From contig JAHJBM010000069.1 of assembly GCA_018813505.1 (NCBI GenBank), forward strand, positions 1 through 53,227: a DNA stretch of 53,227 nucleotides, read 5' to 3'. Each line of letters starts with the position of its first letter. Position 1 is the first letter of the stretch. The notes beneath the pieces were generated by a model that was not told the origin of the DNA, made no database searches, and saw only the letters and a program-made list of their open reading frames with translations. The position numbers were made by a program, and so were the translations under genes. Source of the stretch: Candidatus Micrarchaeota archaeon. GTDB lineage: Archaea > Micrarchaeota > Micrarchaeia > Anstonellales > Bilamarchaeaceae. This document shows positions 28,371 through 36,781 of the stretch, piece by piece.

Positions 28371-28446
28371 TGATTATTGTTACTGACATTACTCTATTCG
28401 ATCATTCAAAGCTAATTTAGTGTTCTTATTGATGTCAGTATCTCTT

Positions 28447-29076
28447 CTAGTTTACCAAGAATTTCAGTTTTACTGGTTCTTTCACTACTCCGTTCCATTG
28501 TAGGACATTTCCATTTGTTGTCATTATGGCGCCTTTTCTTTTTTCACAGTTGCTGATACTTATCATGACTTTTATTGGAATTTCATCAAGACTTTGCAAA
28601 GTTATTTCATTCTCGCCGATTTTCAGGCTTGAATTAATAAGTGACACCAATCCACTTGTACTATCGATATCAGTGACAATCGGTGATCGCGTACCATTAA
28701 ACAATATCCTTAATTTGCCATCTTCTATGTTGTAATTAATAGCATACGTGTTCTTGAATAGTGAGTAATTACTTCTCTCGTTGAAATAAATCCAATCCTC
28801 TCCGTTCTTTTGAAATATCAATTGATACTCAGATTCATCCTGGTTTTTCATATGCGCAATATCAAATCCATCAAAAGTTTCAGTTCCAATAAGTTTGCTG
28901 TTTTTCATGCTGTTCAAGTCCACAAAGATGTTGCTAAAGAAATATTCCTCCTGATCTAGTGGCAATATTTCTGAAGTTTTAAACCAGCTCATATAAACTT
29001 TTTTTAAGAATGCAACATCCTCATTATCTATCGCATTCATATACTTTTTTATAAACTCTTCAAAATTCGATACCAT
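28447..29076 (-). CDS. Hypothetical protein (possible NTF2-like N-terminal domain)
   Basis: 209-aa ORF. The fold guess comes from FIKKYMNAIDNEDV...LIFQKNGEDWIY and is weak. Confidence 0.65.
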   Translation of the reverse strand: MVSNFEEFIKKYMNAIDNEDVAFLKKVYMSWFKTSEILPLDQEEYFFSNIFVDLNSMKNSKLIGTETFDGFDIAHMKNQDESEYQLIFQKNGEDWIYFNERSNYSLFKNTYAINYNIEDGKLRILFNGTRSPIVTDIDSTSGLVSLINSSLKIGENEITLQSLDEIPIKVMISISNCEKRKGAIMTTNGNVLQWNGVVKEPVKLKFLVN

Positions 29077-29182
29077 AAGTTTCTGTCAGCTGTGAAATTA
29101 ATAAATGCTTTTAGTATATTTGAAACTATGCGATAGAATTTACATTTGAAAAATAAAAAGTATAAAAATAAAAAAGAAAAAA

Positions 29183-30292
29183 TTATTTTTTCAGATAAAT
29201 TATTTGTGTCGGGAATGGAATTCCGATCTTTGCCTTGTTGAGTTCTTTGTATATCAGATTATTGGCTTCAATCTTCGTGTCATATGCCCTGTCATAATGG
29301 TCTATCCACAATCTTGCCTGGAAATTCAGTGAGGATGCGGCCATCTCAGTAAAAACAACTGAAACTGGTGGATTCGTAAGTATTCCTTTTATGTTTTTTC
29401 TTATTGCATCCTCTATTAATTTCGCTACCTTCTCAGGATCATTTCCATACTCTACACTAAATGGCACATTAACCCTTACTTTAAGATCTGGTTGTGTAAA
29501 ATTCTTTATCCTCGCCTTTGCAAGTGTGTCATTCGGTACAAGTATTATTTCATTATCATATGTCTTTATTCTGGTACTTCTAAGGCTTATCTCATGCACT
29601 GTTCCTAGATCTCCCGAATCAAGTTGTATCTTGTCGCCTACTTTGAATGTTTTATCCATTATCAGTGCAACTCCTGCTATTATGTTCGAAAGTGTGGTCT
29701 GCATGGCAAATGAAACTGCAAGGCCTGCGATACCGAGTCCTGCGAGGAAAGGCCCTACATCAACGCCCCATGCCCCGAGTATTATTATCAGGCCAAATGC
29801 CCAGGTTATTATCACAGCTGCTTTGTGGAATATCGGGACAATCTCGTCATCAAGTGTACTGTCTGTTTTTTTTGCCAGATCTTTGATTCCATACTCAACG
29901 AGTATTCCAAGGCCTTTTACTATAAATAAAATCACCGTAACATAAGCCAGCGTTAAAATCAGCTTTAGGATAATATCGTACATCGTATCTCCTGTCGAGA
30001 TATTCATGACAGCCAGATACAGTCCACCTATAACTATCAATCTAAAAATCGGCTGCTGTGCAGATTCCAGCAATTTATCGTCAAACTCGGTTTTTGTTCT
30101 TTTTGCAAGCTGTTTTGTGATTATACTGAGTATGACTATCGCTATTGTCGCTAGAATAAATGAAACAACTATGAACCCTATCGAAACAATCACTGGGTTC
30201 AGTGTTTTTATCTGCTCCAAAACAGCCGTATCTATAAACGGTTCGAATATACCTAAATTCTGTACGGCAAGATTTACACTAATATTCTCCAT
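29183..30292 (-). CDS. mscS: Small-conductance mechanosensitive channel
   Basis: TM helices, AGLGIAGLAVSFAMQTTLSNIIAG, FKVGDKI, GTVHEISLRST, VPN and GIPFP motifs. Confidence 0.93.
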   Translation of the reverse strand: MENISVNLAVQNLGIFEPFIDTAVLEQIKTLNPVIVSIGFIVVSFILATIAIVILSIITKQLAKRTKTEFDDKLLESAQQPIFRLIVIGGLYLAVMNISTGDTMYDIILKLILTLAYVTVILFIVKGLGILVEYGIKDLAKKTDSTLDDEIVPIFHKAAVIITWAFGLIIILGAWGVDVGPFLAGLGIAGLAVSFAMQTTLSNIIAGVALIMDKTFKVGDKIQLDSGDLGTVHEISLRSTRIKTYDNEIILVPNDTLAKARIKNFTQPDLKVRVNVPFSVEYGNDPEKVAKLIEDAIRKNIKGILTNPPVSVVFTEMAASSLNFQARLWIDHYDRAYDTKIEANNLIYKELNKAKIGIPFPTQIIYLKK

Positions 30293-30351
30293 ATTCTCTG
30301 TTTCAACAGTTATGCTTAAAATATTTGGGTTGCGTTTATTAGAGTTTTATT

Positions 30352-30966
30352 ATGCAAAATAAACGCGTGTTTCTTCTCTACGATCGCCTTCTCGAGGAAT
30401 CTGGTCCTCAGAATTGGTGGCCTGCAGAAACTCCATATGAAGTAGTTGTCGGTGCAATACTTACTCAAAACACCAATTGGAAGAACGTGGAAAAAGCAAT
30501 TGCAAATCTGAAAAAAGAAAACCTGCTTAATGAAAGTTCAATACTCAAAACTGAAAACCAGGAACTGGAAACTCTCATCCGCTCGAGCGGTTTTTACAGG
30601 CAAAAAGCCGAAAGGCTGAAGTTGGCAACAAAAAAATGGATTGAATTGCAGAATAGAAAAGACAAACTACAACTAAATACACCTGAATTGCGTGAAGAAT
30701 GGTTATCAGTAAAAGGAATCGGAAAAGAAACTGCTGACAGTATACTTTTGTATGCAATGGATCACCCTATTTTTGTAATAGATGCGTACACGAGAAGGTT
30801 TTGTAAGGCTGAATTTGGTCTTGAGTTTGGTGTTAAGGATTATGACGATTGCCGCATGTTTTTTGAAAAAAACCTGCCAAAGGAAAATGCTCTTGAACTA
30901 TTCAAGGAATATCATGCACTGATTGTGGAATGGGGAAAGCGAGATTCACATTGGTGCAAATCCTAA
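30352..30966 (+). CDS. HhH-GPD DNA glycosylase (endonuclease III-related, no FeS cluster)
   Basis: WWPAETPYEVVVGAILTQNTNW, SGFYRQKA, VKGIGKETADSILLYA and FVIDAYTRR motifs. Confidence 0.92.
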   Translation: MQNKRVFLLYDRLLEESGPQNWWPAETPYEVVVGAILTQNTNWKNVEKAIANLKKENLLNESSILKTENQELETLIRSSGFYRQKAERLKLATKKWIELQNRKDKLQLNTPELREEWLSVKGIGKETADSILLYAMDHPIFVIDAYTRRFCKAEFGLEFGVKDYDDCRMFFEKNLPKENALELFKEYHALIVEWGKRDSHWCKS

Positions 30967-33353
30967 TATTCACACACATAAATGCGTTGTCCTGATGTAT
31001 CTCCTTCCATGAAGACTATGTATCTGCCGTCAATCTGCACTGTTGATCCGCTGCTATTGTCTTCTGCAACTATACCTTCATAAACAACTCTCGTCTCTCC
31101 TGTTGGTATGTGGTATAATCGTATTTCCTCTTCCGCTCTACCATGACTACTAAAAGCTACATAATCTCCATATATGCCATAGCTCTTCACATTATTACTA
31201 AAATGGTATGATATAGTTTCATTCATTATCTCTGTTCTTTGTGGGTTTGTTGGATCATCGATATTGACAAGTTGTAAGCTATACATATCTAGTCCTCCAC
31301 TCAGTTGTACATAATCATAATAAACAACATTGTTTCCATATATTCTTGGTATCCGTCCATTCCCATCTAAATCATAGTTGGATGCCGTATTTATGTCATA
31401 TAACCTAATTGGTACATTCTCATCTGGTGGACATCCTCGATTTCTTGTTTCAGCATAAGCTACATAATTACCATGAATTGATACACTGTTTCCTTCTTCT
31501 ACTATTAGGTCAATATTGCCTCTAGTAAGATCACTTAGATATATATCTCCGTATTCACCAATTCCAGTTCCTTCACTCACAAAAACAAAATTATTTCCAG
31601 ACAGTGAATAATTGAAAATACAGCCACTCCAAGAATGTAATTCCTCAGTGATATTGATGATATCTCCATTTTCAATATTTACAATTCTATATCCGTGTTC
31701 ATCTGTACTAGTCCAGGTGGATATTAATCTCCCGTCATCTAAGCTGTAATTATAACGATATTCGGCAATTTCATTTCTATTTCCTGTTTCAATGTCGTAA
31801 ACACTTATTTCTATTCCATCACTGCTGAATGCTATTTTTCCTTCATCAAGACTAAAGCTTAGGAAACCATACTGGCCAGCAATTTCTGTATCAGTGCATT
31901 CCAGTAAATCTATATCTTCCCAATCACATTCCTCAGCCGTCACATATCCATGAATCGAAGTACAAGAGACAGCGATATCATAAGGATCGCATATCTCATC
32001 TTCCAGCATGTAAGATGTGAAGTAATCCCCTTCCATTTCACATCCTTCAGCAGGATAGAATCCAATCTCATACTCTTCATCATCACTTACGTGAAGTGAT
32101 GTTGAAAGTTCAGCAGAAAAAAGATGCAAGGGGTCAAGAGCAGTTACAGTCAGGCCATACTCCGGATTGTAGTTTTCACATGCACCTGCATCAAAGAAAA
32201 ATCTGTCCTCTGAACCTGGGATTATATACTCCAAAGTCGGGATACTTCCATCAACATGCTCAAGCCTTACAGTTCTTGGCATATTCAATGATGGAGCTTG
32301 ACTTAGGTCTACCCTACCATTTATATGCGCTACTGGGGCTTCCCAGTCATTGTCAGGTCTTTCTACTGGAAGAATTATCAGGACTGGATTTCTTAATAAG
32401 CTGATATCAACGTCAGGTATACCTGTTCCTATCTCTATTCCTTCGAATCCACTCAACACCCAGATTTCAAATCTATCATCATCTTCATAACATAGTCCTC
32501 TATAATATGAAGCCCAGTCTAATGTATCTGCAATAGCACATGCCTCTAATGCTGTCGTGATCAATCCAAATGCATTTAATCTATTTTCTGTTTCAGCACT
32601 GAGTTTTATTCCGAGGGCTAAGAGAAACTGTATTGCCCCTCCCTCTATCCCCCTACCTATCAAGTCTTCTCTAATTGCTTCTATGACCTGACCTAATGAA
32701 TTGTCTAATTCACTGAGTGCGACATTATCAGAATTTCCAGCTCTTCCAAAAAGAGTTTGAATCACACTCTTGTTTTCATCTTCCAAATATCTGTCATCGT
32801 ATAATTCTGCAGGGCTTCTACCAGAGACCAAAAACCTTCTTGGTGCATTACATGGAGTTTCTGGTATTTCAACAACCACATTACTCATTCTTACATACGA
32901 TTCAGCATCTTCATCTTCAGCACTCACACCAGTCATAGCTGGAGAATACCTATCCCCTTCCTGATCATATACGATATACAATCCTCCTTCCTCTGTAGCA
33001 GAAAGTATTCCAAGCATATTTGGCACCCCTTCTCCTGTTTCAGAATCCGTCACATTCAATTCATATCGTATGCCATATATGTCAAAAGTAGCACGGCCAT
33101 TCTCATCAGTCAGGGCCGCTCTTGTTACAACTTCCCGTCTTTGTGTTTCCTGAGTCTCCTGTGAACATGCAGGCATATTAACTGTTCCTGTGGTAAGAGC
33201 CAAAGCAACAGCTACCTTCATAGCAAATCTCTTTATGCCATTCCACATTCTTGTACCAAGTCTATCCTCTAGTGGTCCTCTTGTGTGGAATTCATTTCTC
33301 ATTCTCACTGAATCAGGTGACCCTGCCAGGTCATTAAACATGCATCCTGCCAT
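30963..33353 (-). CDS. Large acidic Cys-containing surface protein/lipoprotein with a C-terminal TolB-like beta-propeller
   Basis: Hydrophobic segment then PACS. Repeated (S/R)I(H/Y)GN.V.Y...I.LYDI.T blades in the C-terminal part. Confidence 0.7.
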   Translation of the reverse strand: MAGCMFNDLAGSPDSVRMRNEFHTRGPLEDRLGTRMWNGIKRFAMKVAVALALTTGTVNMPACSQETQETQRREVVTRAALTDENGRATFDIYGIRYELNVTDSETGEGVPNMLGILSATEEGGLYIVYDQEGDRYSPAMTGVSAEDEDAESYVRMSNVVVEIPETPCNAPRRFLVSGRSPAELYDDRYLEDENKSVIQTLFGRAGNSDNVALSELDNSLGQVIEAIREDLIGRGIEGGAIQFLLALGIKLSAETENRLNAFGLITTALEACAIADTLDWASYYRGLCYEDDDRFEIWVLSGFEGIEIGTGIPDVDISLLRNPVLIILPVERPDNDWEAPVAHINGRVDLSQAPSLNMPRTVRLEHVDGSIPTLEYIIPGSEDRFFFDAGACENYNPEYGLTVTALDPLHLFSAELSTSLHVSDDEEYEIGFYPAEGCEMEGDYFTSYMLEDEICDPYDIAVSCTSIHGYVTAEECDWEDIDLLECTDTEIAGQYGFLSFSLDEGKIAFSSDGIEISVYDIETGNRNEIAEYRYNYSLDDGRLISTWTSTDEHGYRIVNIENGDIINITEELHSWSGCIFNYSLSGNNFVFVSEGTGIGEYGDIYLSDLTRGNIDLIVEEGNSVSIHGNYVAYAETRNRGCPPDENVPIRLYDINTASNYDLDGNGRIPRIYGNNVVYYDYVQLSGGLDMYSLQLVNIDDPTNPQRTEIMNETISYHFSNNVKSYGIYGDYVAFSSHGRAEEEIRLYHIPTGETRVVYEGIVAEDNSSGSTVQIDGRYIVFMEGDTSGQRIYVCEY

Positions 33354-33364
33354 GTCATCCCCCG

Positions 33365-34477
33365 TTAATAATTGTTATAACAGCGGATATTGTTTATAAT
33401 AAAATATAAATCTTCGTCTTCTTCGGCCGGGGACTGATATATTATTATGAAACCAAGTGGATTTCCTATGAAGTCTCCTCTTACTATATGCCTCGTTATT
33501 GTTTCATTGTTGTTTAAAATTTTGGTATCACATATTTCAAGAGCTTCTTTATCTATCTTTGTATATTCCTTTTCATAGGTGTTATAATCTGGGGTAAACC
33601 CTCTTTTGAGCCAATAATCAGCTCCCTCATCCTTCTCACATGTTTTAAAACTATATCTACTAGGTAATCCATCAAAAAACAAAAATTCATTATCATTCTT
33701 GTAAAAACTTGCCTTTGTGTTGACAGTATTATTTACTTTGCTGCTTATAATAGCTCTAGTTTCATTATCTGCAACTTTCCATCCATCTGGAAGGGTAACA
33801 TAACAAATATCTCTGGGAATTCCTGTTTCTGTATGAACGTAGGCAAAAGTCGCAGTGATGGTTCCGTCACTGTTGTTTGTTACGTTATTTTCATAATGCA
33901 CTGGGCTGTTGACCAGGAAATATGCATATACAAAGAACATCCCAAGCTGTATCACTCCTATGCCGAGGTTTGTAATTACCAAAAGCACAATGACATTCCC
34001 ATAGCTCGTATTATGAACTTCTTTTGTCGCAACAAGAAGAAGATAGAAGAAAGGGATGAAAAGGAGCAGGCCAAGATATGCAAGAGGTGTGTATATCATT
34101 GCCAGCAAATTCAAAATCAATATCACGATGAAAAACGATGAAAAGGCCACCAATCCAACATAGGTGACTTCTACAAAACTCGCCTTTGACTTGTACATTG
34201 CTTTTCCTACCCCCCAGTTCAGCAGTATTGCAGGGATGAAGAGTAGCAGTGCCATGATAAAGAAATTGTAAACTATGCTTCCTATCACGGAAGACTGGAG
34301 TTGTGGATTTAGTATAATATCTAATTTCTGGTTATAATCGCTGAATAAGACTAGTAGTCCCATGGCAAAACTTACGAGTGCAAAGACTAGAACGGCTCTC
34401 AGGACGCTTGCTTCTTTCTTCCTGTTTCTGAAGAAGAGTTCTACTTTTTTGTTATCTATCAAGTTATCCCCCATCAC
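33365..34477 (-). CDS. Yip1-like multi-pass membrane protein with a soluble C-terminal domain
   Basis: About five TM segments in the N-terminal half, hydrophilic C-terminal half. The family assignment is tentative. Confidence 0.6.
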   Translation of the reverse strand: MMGDNLIDNKKVELFFRNRKKEASVLRAVLVFALVSFAMGLLVLFSDYNQKLDIILNPQLQSSVIGSIVYNFFIMALLLFIPAILLNWGVGKAMYKSKASFVEVTYVGLVAFSSFFIVILILNLLAMIYTPLAYLGLLLFIPFFYLLLVATKEVHNTSYGNVIVLLVITNLGIGVIQLGMFFVYAYFLVNSPVHYENNVTNNSDGTITATFAYVHTETGIPRDICYVTLPDGWKVADNETRAIISSKVNNTVNTKASFYKNDNEFLFFDGLPSRYSFKTCEKDEGADYWLKRGFTPDYNTYEKEYTKIDKEALEICDTKILNNNETITRHIVRGDFIGNPLGFIIIYQSPAEEDEDLYFIINNIRCYNNY

Positions 34478-34538
34478 TATTATATTCTGTATAATTTTAT
34501 AAGACCAGCACCTTAAAAAAGTAAAAAATGAAAATTAT

Positions 34539-35336
34539 TTATCCTGCAAGAAGGTCAATTATTTTTCCTAGAAGTCCTTTTTTCTTTTCCTTTGGTTTTT
34601 TTGTATCCAGTTCGTTGGCTTTACTCCTGGTTTGCTTTGGTGCCGATTCATACTTTTCTTTCTTCGCCGTGGTGGGTATTTCTGCACGTGCTGCGAACTT
34701 AGGGCCTTTTCTTTTTCTCATTTGCTCTTCTTTTCCAGATCTGATCTCTTTTTTCCTGACTCGCCTTACTTCCGGTCTTTTCACATTTCCGGTTCGCTGA
34801 TAAGATGAAGCCGTGCTTTTTTTCACAATTCCTTGTTTTGCCTTTCTTATAATCTCAGCATAAGTTTTTTCTCTATTACTTCCATCCAATACAAAGACCT
34901 CTCCGTGCATCCCGTATGTTTCCAGATATTCATTGTGCGCCGATGCGATGAATGGTATTCCCGATTCTATAATATCTTCGAGTAGTGCTGCAAATCGTTT
35001 GCTTTTCATTTCCATTCTGCCTATCTCATCTATTACAAAGACATCATAGTTGCCATATTTCTGCATTACAGGTATTGCAATGCTTTCAAATGACTGTATA
35101 TTCACATAATATTTGCTTACTTTTGGTCCATCTCCTTTGACAGATGCAAGCAATGCTTTTTTGCCTGTGTTTATATCCATAACATAAAAAGCGGTTCTTG
35201 TGCCGTGGTGTCTCTCCTCAGGTGAAACTATCCCCCCGACTCTCAGTCCGTTTTTTTTCAATTCATCAACGATTTCTTTTAGTAAAGTGGTCTTCCCAGT
35301 ATTTGGATTTCCGGTAATAAAAAAATTCTGTGGCAT
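34539..35336 (-). CDS. Nucleoside triphosphatase (THEP1/NTPase_1) with a long basic C-terminal extension
   Basis: FITGNPNTGKTT, GPKVSKYYV and VIDEIGRME motifs. Start set at MPQN (35336). Confidence 0.88.
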   Translation of the reverse strand: MPQNFFITGNPNTGKTTLLKEIVDELKKNGLRVGGIVSPEERHHGTRTAFYVMDINTGKKALLASVKGDGPKVSKYYVNIQSFESIAIPVMQKYGNYDVFVIDEIGRMEMKSKRFAALLEDIIESGIPFIASAHNEYLETYGMHGEVFVLDGSNREKTYAEIIRKAKQGIVKKSTASSYQRTGNVKRPEVRRVRKKEIRSGKEEQMRKRKGPKFAARAEIPTTAKKEKYESAPKQTRSKANELDTKKPKEKKKGLLGKIIDLLAG

Positions 35337-35516
35337 ATTGACTATCGCGATAACAAACATTATAATGATTCTGTTTGGGCTTACTTCTCTATGCACTTAG
35401 ATATAATTAGAATAATTATGGTTTTATCTTCATCTATTGCACATCAGATCCAGTACTAGTATAACTATATAACTAGTTCCGGTATCATCGGTTAGAAAAA
35501 TACAGATATCTCAATC

Positions 35517-35577
35517 AAAAACTCAAACCCATAACCCAAAACGCAATTTGCTGCATCAGCAGACTGGGTTCGGTTCT
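35517..35577. repeat. 7-nt-periodic tract plus hairpin upstream of rnz
   Basis: AAACTCA AACCCAT AACCCAA AACGCAA, then TGCTG-cat-CAGCA and TGGGTTCGGTT; same periodic style as the tRNA-associated tracts. Confidence 0.5.
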
Positions 35578-35627
35578 TATCTGAAAATATAGATATCCTT
35601 TAAATCAATTGTTGGTTACTTTAATAC

Positions 35628-36491
35628 ATGCTTAAACTGACATTCCTCGGAACTTCAGGCAGTACGCCGACAATCGAGCGGGGCATGCCCTCAATAGCGC
35701 TAAAATATGACCGCGAGCTCATGCTCTTTGACTGCGGCGAAGGCACCCAGAGACAGCTCATGAAATACAAGGTTGGTTATGGGAGTGTTGACTCCATCTT
35801 TATATCCCATCCCCATCTTGACCATTATCTTGGAATGTATGGGTTGTTGGAAACATTGCGGCTCTCATCTCCATCTCCGAGGCCACTAAATCTCTTTCTT
35901 CCTCGCAATGTCGAACCCAGGGATTATTCGTTCATAAAAACACATGGGATACGAAAAGGCGTCGTATACAAAGGTACTGGGTTTTCTATTTCCGCATTTC
36001 CTGTCAAACATTGCAATTCTGCATATGGTTTCGTATTTCAAGAGGATGATCGCTTAAAGTTCGATGAAAAAAAAGCACATGGTCTTGGGCTGAAAGGCAG
36101 AATGTTTGCTGAGATCCAAAAAAAAGGTCAAGTAAAAACTCCTGGTGGAATTGTAAATATCGACGAGATAACCTGGACAAAACCAGGTATAAAAATTGTC
36201 TATGGTGGGGATTGCACTCCGGATGCCGTTAGTATGGAAGCTGCAAAGAATGCAGATATTCTGATTCACGAGGCGACTTTTGACAGTTCGCTTAAAGAAG
36301 AAGCAAAAGAAAGATTACACAGTACTGTTGAGGATGCGGCTTTAGTTGCAAAAGAGGTGAATGTCAAACAGCTTATACTAACGCACATAAGTCCACGCTA
36401 TTCTGATATCTCAGATCTTTTGGCCTCGGCACGTAATATATTTGATAATACAATTATAGCTCAGGATGGTTTAGTTATAGAAGTGAAATAA
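35628..36491 (+). CDS. rnz: Ribonuclease Z
   Basis: FLGTSGSTP, FDCGEGTQRQ, SHPHLDHYLG, HEATF, HST and LTHISPRY motifs. Confidence 0.95.
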   Translation: MLKLTFLGTSGSTPTIERGMPSIALKYDRELMLFDCGEGTQRQLMKYKVGYGSVDSIFISHPHLDHYLGMYGLLETLRLSSPSPRPLNLFLPRNVEPRDYSFIKTHGIRKGVVYKGTGFSISAFPVKHCNSAYGFVFQEDDRLKFDEKKAHGLGLKGRMFAEIQKKGQVKTPGGIVNIDEITWTKPGIKIVYGGDCTPDAVSMEAAKNADILIHEATFDSSLKEEAKERLHSTVEDAALVAKEVNVKQLILTHISPRYSDISDLLASARNIFDNTIIAQDGLVIEVK

Positions 36492-36620
36492 TAATAAAAT
36501 ATAATAATACGTTTACGACGTAAAAATACGATTCATTCGATCATAGACGTATATTATTTACGTTTATTGTCTTGGTTTCGGTTGTAATCCATAAACTGGA
36601 GTTTATACATCTACACAACG

Positions 36621-36781
36621 TTTTTAAATATTTTCCCAGAGACTCACTCAATCATATATCGATAGGGTACTCCCTATCCGACCGGAAGAGAATCTCTTTC
36701 GGGATGTTGGGCCTAAAACCACACCGCCATAGTTATTTTTCAATGGCCCAAATAGGCGGTGAAAAAAATTGAGGTGAACAA
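36621..36781 (+). promoter_or_regulatory. S-layer promoter (TTTTTAAATA 36621-36630) and structured 5' leader of about 130 nt with SD GAGGTGA (36771-36777)
   Basis: Hairpins GATAGGG/CCCTATC and CCGGAAGAG/CTCTTTCGG; crossed stems TTGGGCC/GGCCCAA and CACCGCC/GGCGGTG. Confidence 0.6.
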
